Shown here piece after piece: positions 1-14,836 of a stretch of DNA of 64,000 nt (the first letter of the stretch is position 1; each line of letters opens with the position of its first letter). The translations under genes and the position numbers were made by a program. Source of the stretch: Halarcobacter sp. (GTDB lineage: Bacteria; Campylobacterota; Campylobacteria; Campylobacterales; Arcobacteraceae); assembly GCA_048571215.1 (NCBI GenBank), contig CP182352.1, forward strand, positions 3,296,001 through 3,360,000, given 5' to 3'. A model generated the notes under the pieces. The model did not search any database. It was not told the DNA's origin and was given only the letters and a program-made list of their open reading frames with translations.

Positions 1-169
1 AAAATAAAAAAGGAGTAGCAAACCTCATTAAAGGAGCTAAAGCGAATACTACCCCAATTTGCATGGCACTGTAGCCTAAATCATGTAATACTTTTGGCAA
101 AAAGATAATATATACACCAACAGCAGCAAAGTAAAAAAAGTAAAATGCAGAGAGTTTAAAAAAGTGCAT
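1..169 (-). CDS. MFS transporter, N-terminal part (runs off window start)
   Basis: Manual translation from ATG at 169: MHFFKLSAFYFFYFAAVGVYIIFLPKVLHDLGYSAMQIGVVFALAPLMRF, typical of MFS TM1-2; start overlaps the RDD stop (TAATG). Confidence 0.75.
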   Translation of the reverse strand, partial: MHFFKLSAFYFFYFAAVGVYIIFLPKVLHDLGYSAMQIGVVFALAPLMRFATPFLF

Positions 170-636
170 TATTCTTCATTGATAAGAATAGTATTTGAAA
201 GTATATCTTGAAAAGTTTTTTTTTCTTTATTAAAAAAAGGTATAAATAGTAAAAATATAGATACCAAAGCAATTAAAGTTGTAATATATCTTATGAGGAT
301 ATGAATAATAGTAACTTTTTCAAGTTTAGAAGTAACAAGTTTAAGCTTATATGCTTTCATCCCAGGCGTTTGTTGTTTTATTGCCCAAAATAAAATTATA
401 ATAATAGAATGTGTAGCTAAAATCATAGCCCATCCAGATAATCTATTTTCTGCAAATTCGGCTCCACTACCCATAATAAAATAGATAACAATATATAAAA
501 TTGGAGTTGTAATTAAAAATGAATCAGTTAAAAAGGCTTTTAGTCTAGATCCAAGAGATGCACAAGAGGTTTTATCTTCCTCTTGTAAAGGTTTGTTTTT
601 TTGTTTTTTGTTTTTTACATCTCTCCATTTAGCCAT
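169..636 (-). CDS. RDD family membrane protein
   Basis: ASLGSRLKAFLTD and QTPGMK motifs, C-terminal FQDILSNT. Confidence 0.85.
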   Translation of the reverse strand: MAKWRDVKNKKQKNKPLQEEDKTSCASLGSRLKAFLTDSFLITTPILYIVIYFIMGSGAEFAENRLSGWAMILATHSIIIILFWAIKQQTPGMKAYKLKLVTSKLEKVTIIHILIRYITTLIALVSIFLLFIPFFNKEKKTFQDILSNTILINEE

Positions 637-640
637 TTAT

Positions 641-1249
641 TTAATTTCCTCGGCTTCCCGGTTTATAAGCTATACTTCCCTCTTTACACATAGGACAATC
701 TTCAGGAGAATACATTTCAAAAGTAAAATCATCTAAAGCAAAAAGTGGTTTATCTAAAGGAAGTTTACAATTATCTTTTGCTTTTATATCACTTCCCACT
801 CTTGAGCAAAAACCTCTATTTGCCAAAGCTGCATATGCAACAATATTTCCACCATCATTTTCAACTTGATAAGCCGCTTCAAGCGCAGAACCACCAGTTG
901 TTATGATATCTTCACATATTATATAGTTTTCACCCTCTTGTACTTCAAAACCTCTTCTAATAGTCATCTTTCCATCAACTCTTTCTGCAAAAATAAATCT
1001 TACATCAAGGGCAGTTGCTAGTGCAAAACCAGCAATCAATCCACCAAGAGCAGGTGAGCAGATAGCATCAACTTTTATTCCAGATTCTTTGATTTGTTTA
1101 GCTAACTCTTCTGCTAATAGTTTTGCAGTTTTTGGGTCTTCTAAAACCTTTGCAGATTGAAGATAAAATGATGAGTGGTTTCCACTACTTAGTTTAAAGT
1201 GTCCTTCTAATAGAGCACTTGCATCTTTATAAATTTGTTCTACGTTCAT
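641..1249 (-). CDS. pyrE: Orotate phosphoribosyltransferase
   Basis: [11 protein letters not shown] start; PRPP-binding motif EDIITTGGS. Confidence 0.95.
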   Translation of the reverse strand: MNVEQIYKDASALLEGHFKLSSGNHSSFYLQSAKVLEDPKTAKLLAEELAKQIKESGIKVDAICSPALGGLIAGFALATALDVRFIFAERVDGKMTIRRGFEVQEGENYIICEDIITTGGSALEAAYQVENDGGNIVAYAALANRGFCSRVGSDIKAKDNCKLPLDKPLFALDDFTFEMYSPEDCPMCKEGSIAYKPGSRGN

Positions 1250-1259
1250 ATTCTTCCAA

Positions 1260-1817
1260 TTATACTTTTAAGATTTCAGCTTCTTTTGCTTTAAATGTTT
1301 CATCTGCTTTTGCTACATATTCATCAGTGATTTTTTGGATGTCATCTAATGCTTTTTTGTTTTCATCATCTGTAATCTCTTTATCTTTATGAAGTTTTTT
1401 TACTTTATCATTGGCATGTTTTCTTACATTTCTTATGGCAACTTTTGCATCGTCGGTCATACCTTTACCTTGTTTTGCACTTTCTTGTCTTTGTTCAACT
1501 GTCATTGGTGGAAAAAATAGTTTGATGAAATCACCATCATTATTTGGATTTACTCCAATGTTTGCTTCTTGAATAGCTTTTTCAATTGCTCCTAAAAGAG
1601 TTTTTTCCCATGGGTTTACAGCTATAGTTGTAGCATCAATTGCTGTTACTGATCCAACTTGATTAAGTGGAGTTTGAGTCCCATAATAATCAATAGAAAC
1701 ACCATCTAAAACAGCAGGACTAACTTTTCCTGTTCTTAATGTTTTATAATCTCTTTTTAAAGCCTCGATTGACTTTTCCATATGTTCTTTTGTTTCTGCA
1801 TAAATCTCTTCTAACAT
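1260..1817 (-). CDS. frr: Ribosome recycling factor
   Basis: [13 protein letters not shown] and KVAIRNVR motifs; 185 aa. Confidence 0.97.
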   Translation of the reverse strand: MLEEIYAETKEHMEKSIEALKRDYKTLRTGKVSPAVLDGVSIDYYGTQTPLNQVGSVTAIDATTIAVNPWEKTLLGAIEKAIQEANIGVNPNNDGDFIKLFFPPMTVEQRQESAKQGKGMTDDAKVAIRNVRKHANDKVKKLHKDKEITDDENKKALDDIQKITDEYVAKADETFKAKEAEILKV

Positions 1818-1997
1818 TCTTTATTCTCCTTATTTAAATCTTTGTATTTTATAAAATTTGGTAAAGATTATACCATTATATACTTTATTGTATAGATTTA
1901 GATATAAAAATATATCAATTTTTGAAAAGCTTACCTTGGGTAGGCAAATTTTGCTACCCAAAGTGATATTTTGAAGTAGTGAATACTTCATTAGTGT

Positions 1998-2357
1998 TTA
2001 GTTTTTAGTTGGAACTGAAGGAACTGCTGGTGCACTAGTTGGCGCTGCAGGAGCACTTTGCTCATTTTTTTCAACTGGAGTTGAAGGGATTAAACTTTCT
2101 GTTTTTACACTGTCTACTGCACTTGATAATCTTTGTTGGTTAAAAAGATATCCAAGTGATACGGTGTTTATTACAAATATAAGCCCTAAACCCATAGTTA
2201 GTTTTGCTAAAAAGTTACCAGGTCCTTTTGCTCCAAACAGTGATTCATTACTCCCACTATAAGCTCCTAGACCCATACTAGCACTCTTTTGCAATAAAAT
2301 TGTTATTGTTATTAGAATGGCTAAAATAAATTGTACTATTAAAAGTGTTGATGACAT
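1998..2357 (-). CDS. secG: Preprotein translocase subunit SecG
   Basis: ILLQKS..MGLGAYSGSNESLFGAKG; two TM segments. Confidence 0.93.
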   Translation of the reverse strand: MSSTLLIVQFILAILITITILLQKSASMGLGAYSGSNESLFGAKGPGNFLAKLTMGLGLIFVINTVSLGYLFNQQRLSSAVDSVKTESLIPSTPVEKNEQSAPAAPTSAPAVPSVPTKN

Positions 2358-2427
2358 TATTTTTCCTTTTAAAAAAATGGTATGAATTTTACCTAAAACT
2401 AATTAAATTTAAGCTAAAATAAAATTT

Positions 2428-3123
2428 ATGTCAATAAAAAATCAATTTTCTAAATATGCAAAAGATTATAACAATCACAATATTATTCAACAAATTGCTG
2501 CAAAGGCTTTAGTTCGAGATATAAAAAAACAACCTAAAAAAATCCTTGAAATTGGTTGTGGTTCAGGACAAGTATATAAATATATATCTTGGGAAACAAA
2601 TAGTTACCATGCAATTGATTTTTCAGCTTCTATGTGTGAGCTTCACCCTAAAGGGGACAATATCAAGGTCGCTTGTTTTGATTTTGACTCTGAGGATTTT
2701 TTTAGTTTTTTAGAAAACAAAAGATTTGATATGGTTATCTCTTCATCTGCAATGCAATGGTCGAAAGATTTAAAAAAGCTTATTAAAAATATATCAAAAA
2801 CTACAAATGAAATAAATGCTGTTTTATTTACCTCAAATACTTTTAAAACTATTCAAGATATAACAAAAATAAAATCACCAATACTTTCATTGGATGAGAT
2901 AAAAGAAGCTTTTTCAAATAGTTTTAAATGTGATTTTGAAGTTCATAATTATAACTTAGAATTTGATAATAAAAAAGAGCTATTTGATTATATTAAAAAA
3001 TCAGGAGTAAGTGGAGCTAATTCAAATCTTGATTTTAAAAATGCAAAAAAACTGTTTAAAGAGTATCCTTTAAACTATTTAGAGTTTGAAGTTGTATTTA
3101 TTAAAACTGTTTCTAAATTATAA
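2428..3123 (+). CDS. SAM-dependent methyltransferase, BioC-like
   Basis: QFSKYAKDY..IQQ start, LEIGCGSG SAM motif, SSSAMQW. Confidence 0.75.
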   Translation: MSIKNQFSKYAKDYNNHNIIQQIAAKALVRDIKKQPKKILEIGCGSGQVYKYISWETNSYHAIDFSASMCELHPKGDNIKVACFDFDSEDFFSFLENKRFDMVISSSAMQWSKDLKKLIKNISKTTNEINAVLFTSNTFKTIQDITKIKSPILSLDEIKEAFSNSFKCDFEVHNYNLEFDNKKELFDYIKKSGVSGANSNLDFKNAKKLFKEYPLNYLEFEVVFIKTVSKL

Positions 3124-3482
3124 AGTTCATATCTTATATATTTAAAATTTTCACTTGATTCTATTGAGATTAGTTTGCAAAACTCTTCTAATACCCTTGA
3201 ACTCTCTTGAGCTCTTTTGAAGTTTGCTATTAAAATAGATTGTAGGTTTGTTCTATTTTGTTCACTTTTTATTGATTGTCTTAGTACATCGTTTTGAACA
3301 TCCCTAGAGTTTAGTAAATCATCATAGTTTTCTATTCTAGATAAGTGTCTTAGATTTTTTAGTTTTGTAGATGTATCTTTATCATTATAGATATATCTAA
3401 AAATATCCTCAACTACTCTTATACCTTCTCTTAAACGGTTTAAGTTAGCATCAATAAGTCTTAGATTGTTTTGGTTTATCAT
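3075..3482 (-). CDS. Stand-alone ThiD2-like protein (N-terminal domain of long ThiE proteins)
   Basis: RLIDANLNRLREGIRVVED and ANFKRAQESSRVLEE motifs. Confidence 0.75.
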   Translation of the reverse strand: MINQNNLRLIDANLNRLREGIRVVEDIFRYIYNDKDTSTKLKNLRHLSRIENYDDLLNSRDVQNDVLRQSIKSEQNRTNLQSILIANFKRAQESSRVLEEFCKLISIESSENFKYIRYELYNLETVLINTTSNSK

Positions 3483-3494
3483 ATTTATTTTGAA

Positions 3495-3521
3495 AAAGTA
3501 GCTTCATTAAGAAGCTACTTT
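3495..3521 (-). terminator. Intrinsic terminator hairpin after yccA-like gene
   Basis: AAAGTAGCTTC-ATTAA-GAAGCTACTTT, perfect 11-bp stem. Confidence 0.7.
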
Positions 3522-3522
3522 G

Positions 3523-4218
3523 TTAATCATCACTACCTAAAATACCAAAGATTTGAAGTAATGAAACAAATAGATTAAAGAAATCTAAATATAAAGCAAT
3601 TGCCGCTTCAATTGGTGTTGAAAAACCACCTTTTATAATTTGTTGCGTATCGTATAGTATAAACGCAGAAAATAGTATAGCACCAAATCCTGCAATACCT
3701 AATTGAAATAGTGGAGATTGAAAAAATATATTTGAAATAGAACCTACTATTAATATAATAAGAGCAATGAATAACATTTTACCCATACTTGAAAAATCTC
3801 TTTTAGTAGTCATTGCAAACATTGAAATTCCACCAAATGCTACAGAAGTCATTAAAAATGCTTGTGCAACTATTGATGCTCCTGATGGCATATTGAAAAT
3901 ACTACTTAATAAAGGAGTTAATGTTAACCCACTTACAAAAGTAAATCCAAATAGTACTGCTAAATTAACTCCTGGTTTATTTTTAACAGCAAATAATGAA
4001 AATAATAGAATAAACTCTAATATTACTAACCCCCAATACCAGCTTGCAATTGTTGAAACCATATCTAAACCAATATAAGCTCCTGCAGTCGCTGCAAGTA
4101 ATGAACCAGCAAATAATTGATATGTTGCTTTCAAAAAGCTCATTAATTGAGCTCTAGACGAATCAACAGAACCATTATATTGAGATGTGTCTTGCGAAAG
4201 ATAATCTCTATTGTACAT
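3523..4218 (-). CDS. Bax inhibitor-1/YccA family membrane protein
   Basis: Seven hydrophobic segments; ILYDTQ and ALYLDFFNLF motifs. Confidence 0.92.
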   Translation of the reverse strand: MYNRDYLSQDTSQYNGSVDSSRAQLMSFLKATYQLFAGSLLAATAGAYIGLDMVSTIASWYWGLVILEFILLFSLFAVKNKPGVNLAVLFGFTFVSGLTLTPLLSSIFNMPSGASIVAQAFLMTSVAFGGISMFAMTTKRDFSSMGKMLFIALIILIVGSISNIFFQSPLFQLGIAGFGAILFSAFILYDTQQIIKGGFSTPIEAAIALYLDFFNLFVSLLQIFGILGSDD

Positions 4219-4412
4219 TTTAATCCTTTCTCTTTTTTTTGTTATTTTATAATGTTAGTCTTAATATTTACTTTAAAATTATAAATTAGATGTAATGTGT
4301 AAATTTTTGTCTATATATAATATTGTTAAAAATAAGAAAAAGCTTATATTAAAAGCTTTTTTAAACAAATGAAATTTTTTCCAAAATTTAAGCCTATATT
4401 AAGAGTAAACCC

Positions 4413-4441
4413 TTGACAAGAGGAAAAAAATCTATTATAAT
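4413..4441 (+). promoter_or_regulatory. rrn sigma70 promoter
   Basis: TTGACA (4413) - 17 nt - TATAAT (4436); boxA-like TGATCTTTAACAA downstream at 4504. Confidence 0.85.
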
Positions 4442-4728
4442 TCCCGTCCAATTTCAGAGGAACGACATCAAAAGTAAATGATGAGAGAGCCTAGGGGATA
4501 GGATGATCTTTAACAATAAAAGGTTTGTAAAGAAGTAATCTTTATAAACCGAATATGATAATAACGAAGAACAAGAAGATATGGTAAAACATATCCTTGT
4601 CTATTAAAGTATTCTAAAAGAATTAATTTTTTTAGAGTACTACTTTAAGCTTTTAACTATGAGAGTAGTTAAAACACATGAGTGATAGTTTTGTAATGTA
4701 AATTATAAAAATGTCAGTTTCAAACACT

Positions 4729-6245
<1,517 letters not shown>

Positions 6246-6367
6246 CAGAGAAAAGAAGAGTTATTCGATTAACTCTTCTAAAATATCTATTAAAAATAGA
6301 TAGAGAAATGAAAAAAGTTATTATTGTGTTCGGTTTATAAAGATTATTTAAAAAATAGGTGACAAAT

Positions 6368-6444
6368 GGGCCTATAGCTCAGCTGGCTAGAGCGCTCGAC
6401 TGATAATCGTGAGGTCCCAGGTTCAAGTCCTGGTAGGCCCACCA
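6368..6444 (+). tRNA. tRNA-Ile(GAT)
   Basis: GGGCCTA...CT-GAT-AA...GGTTCAAGTCC...TAGGCCCACCA. Confidence 0.97.
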
Positions 6445-6474
6445 TTATTAAATAATCTGTAAAGATTTAGTTGT

Positions 6475-6550
6475 GGGGATATAGCTCAGCTGGGAGAGCG
6501 CCTGCCTTGCACGCAGGAGGTCAGCGGTTCGATCCCGCTTATCTCCACCA
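6475..6550 (+). tRNA. tRNA-Ala(TGC)
   Basis: GGGGATA...CCTGC-CT-TGC-AC-GCAGG...GGTTCGATCC...TCTCCACCA. Confidence 0.97.
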
Positions 6551-6939
6551 TCTATTATAAATCTGGGTTTAAAATGAAAATTTAAAATTTAAAAATGAAA
6601 TTTTTTTATCTTTGAATAATCATAATGTAAAACTAAATATAAGTCTTAAAGAATTAAGATTTATATTTGGTTTTTTAAAAACCAAAATGCTTTCAGACAT
6701 TATTCTGAAAATGATATTTAAAAATTTAATGTTAAAGTCTTTAATTTTTTCGTTTAATTAAATTTCGTATGAATTTAATTAAAAAATAAAAATTTAATAT
6801 CAAATTAACTTGAAAGAATTCAATTTTTTTAAGATAATAATGATAGACACAACTGTTTTGTTGAATATGTATGTATTCAATAAGATAGTAGCCAAGGAAT
6901 AATTATTCAAAAAGGTGAAGTAATGAAAATTACTTTGTC

Positions 6940-9822
<2,883 letters not shown>

Positions 9823-9965
9823 TATAATTAATATTTCTTGGTTTACTATCTTATTGAGTACACTCAATAAAGTAAATATTGTGTTTAAAGACTTTTAACA
9901 TTAACATTTTAACTCATTCAATGTGAGTACAAAGCAAACTTTTTAAGTTTGTTTGATACTCATAT

Positions 9966-10082
9966 TGCTGGTGGTTATTGCGAGGTGGAAATACCCAGCC
10001 CCATTCCGAACCTGGAAGTCAAGCACCTCTGCGCTGATAATACTGCAGGGTCCCCTTGTGGAAACGTAAGCCGCTGCCAGCT
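9966..10082 (+). rRNA. rrf: 5S rRNA
   Basis: GCTGGTGG...CCCATTCCGAAC...GAAGTCAAGC...GCTGCCAGC; terminal stem pairs. Confidence 0.96.
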
Positions 10083-10098
10083 CTTGAGTATTCTATTT

Positions 10099-10150
10099 AG
10101 CTTCTGTCTAATCTATCCTTCCCGATAGCTTTGACAGAAGCTTTTTTTTT
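10099..10150 (+). terminator. rrn terminator
   Basis: AGCTTCTGTC...GACAGAAGCT stem followed by T-run. Confidence 0.8.
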
Positions 10151-10164
10151 ATCCTTTTTTATAT

Positions 10165-10896
10165 TTAATCACTTTTATTTGCCAATCTCTTTCTTATCTC
10201 TTTGCTTAAAGCCTCTTTTTTTAATGCAATTATTAAAGAGTTTTTTACTTCCTCATATGTTGCCGCTCTTTTTGGTTTATAGTCTTCTACAAAAAGAATT
10301 TCCCAAGCTTTATTATCTAGGTTTACTTTTATAAAATCATATGCTATTTTATCTTTTAATTGCATTTGAATAGTTTTATTAACTAAGTTCATATTTACCC
10401 AACCCATATCTCCATCTTTATTAATAGTATTAAAATCTGTTGAGTATTGCTGTACATATTTAATGAACCTAGGTAATCTATCTTTTTTGTTTTTTATAGC
10501 TTTTAGTTTATTTATAATTTTATCTGCACTAGATTCATATTTGACAATTATATTTCTTAATTTATATTTTTCAATAGTCTGGGGTTTTGTTTTATTGTAT
10601 AAAGATTTAATTTTCTCTTCACTTGGGGTATAGCCATTCATAAAATATTTAGACCACACTTCAAAAACAGTTATATTATCTATAGTTTTATAGATTGGTT
10701 TTTCTTCAATATCTTTTTTTACTAGAGAAGTTATTTTTTTAAGCTGTTCATATTCATTTGCTATTTGTTTTTGTTGTTCTAGAGTTAATTTGGTATAGTT
10801 TTGATTATATTGCTTATAGGTATAGAAATTTAACTCTTGATTGGCAAACAATGAGGCTGTTAGAAGTATAGAAAGATATATAGATTTTTTCTTCAT
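10165..10896 (-). CDS. Exported parvulin/PpiC-type peptidyl-prolyl isomerase-like protein
   Basis: Signal peptide; YKLRNIIVK and YSTD...KDGDMGWV rotamase-like motifs (degenerate). Confidence 0.7.
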   Translation of the reverse strand: MKKKSIYLSILLTASLFANQELNFYTYKQYNQNYTKLTLEQQKQIANEYEQLKKITSLVKKDIEEKPIYKTIDNITVFEVWSKYFMNGYTPSEEKIKSLYNKTKPQTIEKYKLRNIIVKYESSADKIINKLKAIKNKKDRLPRFIKYVQQYSTDFNTINKDGDMGWVNMNLVNKTIQMQLKDKIAYDFIKVNLDNKAWEILFVEDYKPKRAATYEEVKNSLIIALKKEALSKEIRKRLANKSD

Positions 10897-10956
10897 ATTA
10901 TTCCTTTGAGATTAGTTATATAAAGTATCCCAAAATAATACTAAAATCAAGATAAA

Positions 10957-11289
10957 CTATTTTAAAGACTCAATAATCTGCTTTGAGCATATTCTTTTTC
11001 TTTCACCTATTTTAAATAGATGTTTTATTTTTCCATCACTTATAAATATATCAAACTTCATTTGTTCCATTGTAAACACTTTACAATTAGAATTTTTGTA
11101 TCTAAATATCATTTTTCCATTGCAGTATTTTTTGAAATCTTCTGGATTATCAAATCTTGTTAAACCTATATGTCTTTGTTTTGATTTTTCTACAACACAA
11201 TAACCCTCTTTAGTAAAGGAGTCTGGCTGAATAAACTTATCGTTTGATAGAAGTAAAATTGGTAGCGTAAGAAGTAGTTTTTTTAACAT
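10957..11289 (-). CDS. Hypothetical exported protein with 4 Cys
   Basis: 110-aa ORF with signal-peptide-like N-terminus; no recognised motif. Confidence 0.55.
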   Translation of the reverse strand: MLKKLLLTLPILLLSNDKFIQPDSFTKEGYCVVEKSKQRHIGLTRFDNPEDFKKYCNGKMIFRYKNSNCKVFTMEQMKFDIFISDGKIKHLFKIGERKRICSKQIIESLK

Positions 11290-11294
11290 AAAAA

Positions 11295-11314
11295 AAGGTG
11301 GGTGTACCCACCTT
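11295..11314 (-). terminator. rpsU terminator
   Basis: AAGGTGGGT..ACCCACCTT hairpin with T-run on minus strand. Confidence 0.75.
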
Positions 11315-11329
11315 AAAATCTTTTGGATT

Positions 11330-11542
11330 TTACAGTCTAGACTCGTATCGTCTAAGCATGTATAATCTTTTAAGCATTTTCTTTCTAGCGTTAATTTTTT
11401 GTTTTTTTCTGATCTCTGTCATTGGTTCAAAAAATCTTCTAGCTCTAGTTTCAGTTACAATAAGATTTCTATCACATTGCTTCTTAAACCTTCTATATGC
11501 TTCGTCGAAAGATTCATTATCTTTAACTTTAATGCCTGGCAC
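11330..11542 (-). CDS. rpsU: 30S ribosomal protein bS21 (likely GTG start at 11542)
   Basis: [23 protein letters not shown]; 70 aa. Confidence 0.97.
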   Translation of the reverse strand: MPGIKVKDNESFDEAYRRFKKQCDRNLIVTETRARRFFEPMTEIRKKQKINARKKMLKRLYMLRRYESRL

Positions 11543-11657
11543 TAAAATCACCCACTTTCTTTTTAAATTTTAGGTGCACATTATATTTAAAGTTTACTTA
11601 ATTCTTATTTAACTGAAAATATGGTAAAATTGATAATAAAAAAGAAAAAGGATTTTT

Positions 11658-12131
11658 GTGGATTTAACCCATTTAGACGAACAAAATAGACCTAAAATGG
11701 TTGATGTTTCTAATAAAAATGAGACCAAAAGAGTTGCTATTGCTTCTGGTATTATAAAGATGTCACAAGATGCTTTTGATGCGATTTTAGATAATAATAC
11801 AAAAAAGGGTCCAGTTCTTCAAACAGCAGTTATTGCTGCAATAATGGGAGTGAAAAAAACCTCCGATTTAATACCTATGTGTCATCCTTTATTACTTAGT
11901 GGGATTAACTGTGATGTTGAGGAATTAAAAGATTTACCTGGATTTAAACTAATTGTTACTGCTAAGTTAAATGGACAAACAGGAGTTGAAATGGAAGCCT
12001 TAACAGGTGTTTCGGTAGGATTGCTTACAATATATGATATGGTAAAAGCAATAGATAAATCGATGGTTATTTCAAATATTCAATTAGAAGAAAAAAATGG
12101 TGGTAAAAGTGGTGACTTTAAAAGAATTTAG
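11658..12131 (+). CDS. moaC: Cyclic pyranopterin monophosphate synthase
   Basis: [33 protein letters not shown]. Confidence 0.97.
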   Translation: MDLTHLDEQNRPKMVDVSNKNETKRVAIASGIIKMSQDAFDAILDNNTKKGPVLQTAVIAAIMGVKKTSDLIPMCHPLLLSGINCDVEELKDLPGFKLIVTAKLNGQTGVEMEALTGVSVGLLTIYDMVKAIDKSMVISNIQLEEKNGGKSGDFKRI

Positions 12132-12145
12132 AGGTAAAATATAAA

Positions 12146-12409
12146 ATGATTGATTTGAATAAAGAAAAATTGAAATTAGATTATCCATGTAGTTGGAAAT
12201 ATAAGGTTGTATTACTTGAAACAACTTGTGTTAAAACAGTTGCAAAAGAGGTTTTTTCTGAGAGAGAACATAAAATCAATGAGTCTAATACTAGTAAAAA
12301 AGGCAAGTTTAAAAGCTATACAATAGAGATGATAGTTCATAATGATGATGATAGAAAAGAGTTATATCAACTTTTGGGAAATCATGATGAAATTAAAATG
12401 GTTTTATAG
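12146..12409 (+). CDS. DUF493/YbeD (HP0495-like) protein
   Basis: LDYPC.WKYKV and SKKGKFKSY motifs; 87 aa. Confidence 0.85.
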   Translation: MIDLNKEKLKLDYPCSWKYKVVLLETTCVKTVAKEVFSEREHKINESNTSKKGKFKSYTIEMIVHNDDDRKELYQLLGNHDEIKMVL

Positions 12410-12418
12410 AAATAACTT

Positions 12419-13450
12419 ATGAAAAGAAGAGAGTTCTTAAAATATTCAACACTTCATACATTTCTTTTATCTCAATATCTTCATGCATCTACAAAAGAAG
12501 AAAAAAATTTATTTGACTTTTTTATAAGTCTTTTTGAAGAGAAAAAAAAGATAATAGAAGAGCATGAAGAGATTGAGCCAAAAGATGGCATTGAACCAAT
12601 AAAAAAGATTAATGAAATCAGTTTAAATCAAGAAAATACGCAAAAAAATGTAAAAGAGTTAGTTCAAGAGATTAAAAAAACACAAGAGACTAATGATAGT
12701 AAAACCTTAGAAAATGAGTATATAGAAGAATCTGATGTTAAACCTGATAAAGAAGAGATAGCATTAGAAGAGAAAAAGATTATAGAAAATGTATATATTG
12801 AAGATAAATACTTAAATAGTTTTAAATCAGTTTCAAAAAAACTTACTGATATACAAAGGTATATAGGGTATGGAAACTTTAATCTAATAAGTTTTGATGA
12901 GATGTTAAAAGTTCCTGAATATAGTGGAATTAAAAAATTTACAAAAGAGGAAATAGAATTTTTAGAGTATATTTTTTATTATGATCCTAAATATCATGGC
13001 TTTTTTGGAAAAAGAGTTTCCCATAATATTACAGATAGTGTAGATAAAAATGAAGTTATAAAAATCCCCCATACTGGACACTATTTATATAAAGGAAACC
13101 CCTATGAAACATATTTAAGAATGTGTGATGATATTGGAGAAACTTTGGTTTTAACTTCGGGTATTAGAAGTATAGTAAAACAATCAAAATTGTTCTTAAA
13201 TAAACTAGAAAAAGAGAATGGTAATCTTTCTATAACCTCAAAATCTCTTGCACCACCTGCCTTTACTTATCATGCTATATCTGATTTTGATGTGGGAAAA
13301 AAAGGTTTTGGATACGCAAATTTTACTTCAAGGTTTGCATTAACTGACGAGTTCTTTAAAATGAGAAGATTAGATTATATAGATATTAGATATACAATAA
13401 AAAATTTGGATGGAGTTAGGTATGAACCTTGGCATGTTAAAGTTATATAA
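12419..13450 (+). CDS. M15B (VanY-like) D,D-carboxypeptidase with Tat-like signal
   Basis: MKRREFLK start; SGIRS, APP...YH...DFD, YEPWH metal-binding motifs. Confidence 0.8.
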   Translation: MKRREFLKYSTLHTFLLSQYLHASTKEEKNLFDFFISLFEEKKKIIEEHEEIEPKDGIEPIKKINEISLNQENTQKNVKELVQEIKKTQETNDSKTLENEYIEESDVKPDKEEIALEEKKIIENVYIEDKYLNSFKSVSKKLTDIQRYIGYGNFNLISFDEMLKVPEYSGIKKFTKEEIEFLEYIFYYDPKYHGFFGKRVSHNITDSVDKNEVIKIPHTGHYLYKGNPYETYLRMCDDIGETLVLTSGIRSIVKQSKLFLNKLEKENGNLSITSKSLAPPAFTYHAISDFDVGKKGFGYANFTSRFALTDEFFKMRRLDYIDIRYTIKNLDGVRYEPWHVKVI

Positions 13451-14822
13451 ACAATTTTTATTTTTGTTTATATTAACAACTATATTAAATGCAAATGATG
13501 TAATAAAGAGTGAAAAGCATTTAATGGATTTTGATTTTATTAAAAAAGGTATTGAGGATGATAATACTTTATTAGTTATTGGTGGTATTCAAGGTGATGA
13601 ACCAGGTGGTTTTATGGCAGCTTCTCTTTTGGTAACTCATTATGATATAAATAAAGGTTCTGTCTGGATTGTACCAAATTTGAATTTTTATTCTATTATA
13701 AAAAGGTCTCGTGGACCATATGGAGATATGAATAGAAAATTTGCTTATATTGAAACCCATGATCCTGATTATAAGTCAATTATGAGAATAAAAAGTTATA
13801 TTACAGCAGATGATGTTAAATTGATACTAAATCTACATGATGGAAGTGGATATTATAGACCTAAGTATAAAGATTGGTTGCACTCACCTAATAGATGGGG
13901 TCAAAGTTCTATTATTGATCAAATAAGTATTGATTTAGAAAAATATGGAAATTTAGAAGAGATATCTGCGCAAGTAGTAGATCATGTAAATAAAAATCTT
14001 ATTAGAGAAAAAGATTATTATAGTATCAAAAATACAGAAACAAGACTTGGTGATAAGGAGATGGAAAAGAGTTTAACTTATTTTGCAATAAATAATGGAA
14101 AAGCGGCATTTGCAAATGAGACTAGCAAATCTTTGCCTTTACATGAAAGAGTTTATTATCATCTTTTAGCCATAGAAAAATATATGCAAATTATGGGAAT
14201 AGAGTATAAACGTAAGTTTCTTCTTGAACCACAAGCTATAAAAGATGTGATTGATAATGATATCTATATATCTTTTTATGATAATAAAATACAATTGCCT
14301 TTAAGTAAGATTCGTTCAATCTTAAGATATTTTCCTATCAAAAAAGATGGGACTTTGCAATTTTCAGTATCAAATCCCTTAATGACTGTTTTAAAAGAAG
14401 GTGAGCACTATGTGATTCACTATGGAAATAGAGAAATTGCACGTTTAAGTCCTGATTATATGGATATAGTGGATAAACAAGACCCTGTTAAAATGGTAGT
14501 TGATGGAAAAGATGTAAGTATAGACTTAGGGTCTGTTGTAAATGTAAAAGATAGTTTTTTGGTAAATCCAATATCTGATATTCGAGTGAATGTAATTGGG
14601 TTTCTAAAAAAAGGTTATAAAGATGAAGCTGGATTAGAAGTATCTAAAAAAGATTTTCTAAAAAGGTATTCAGTGGATGAAAATGGAAATGTTTATAGGG
14701 TAGAATTTTATAAAAAGAATAAGTTTATTGGTATGGTTTTAGTAAATTTTGACAAAAATTTTGATTATGAAAATCTCTCTAAAATAATGTTTAAACAAGA
14801 AAGTAAAGAGTTTTCTATGTAG
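13434..14822 (+). CDS. M99 D,L-carboxypeptidase (Csd4/Pgp1 family, cell shape)
   Basis: GGIQGDEPGG, DMNRKFA, LNLHDGSG, AFANETSK; start placed at ATG 13434 to fit the signal peptide. Confidence 0.88.
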   Translation: MLKLYKQFLFLFILTTILNANDVIKSEKHLMDFDFIKKGIEDDNTLLVIGGIQGDEPGGFMAASLLVTHYDINKGSVWIVPNLNFYSIIKRSRGPYGDMNRKFAYIETHDPDYKSIMRIKSYITADDVKLILNLHDGSGYYRPKYKDWLHSPNRWGQSSIIDQISIDLEKYGNLEEISAQVVDHVNKNLIREKDYYSIKNTETRLGDKEMEKSLTYFAINNGKAAFANETSKSLPLHERVYYHLLAIEKYMQIMGIEYKRKFLLEPQAIKDVIDNDIYISFYDNKIQLPLSKIRSILRYFPIKKDGTLQFSVSNPLMTVLKEGEHYVIHYGNREIARLSPDYMDIVDKQDPVKMVVDGKDVSIDLGSVVNVKDSFLVNPISDIRVNVIGFLKKGYKDEAGLEVSKKDFLKRYSVDENGNVYRVEFYKKNKFIGMVLVNFDKNFDYENLSKIMFKQESKEFSM

Positions 14823-14836
14823 TTTTAAAGAGTTAG

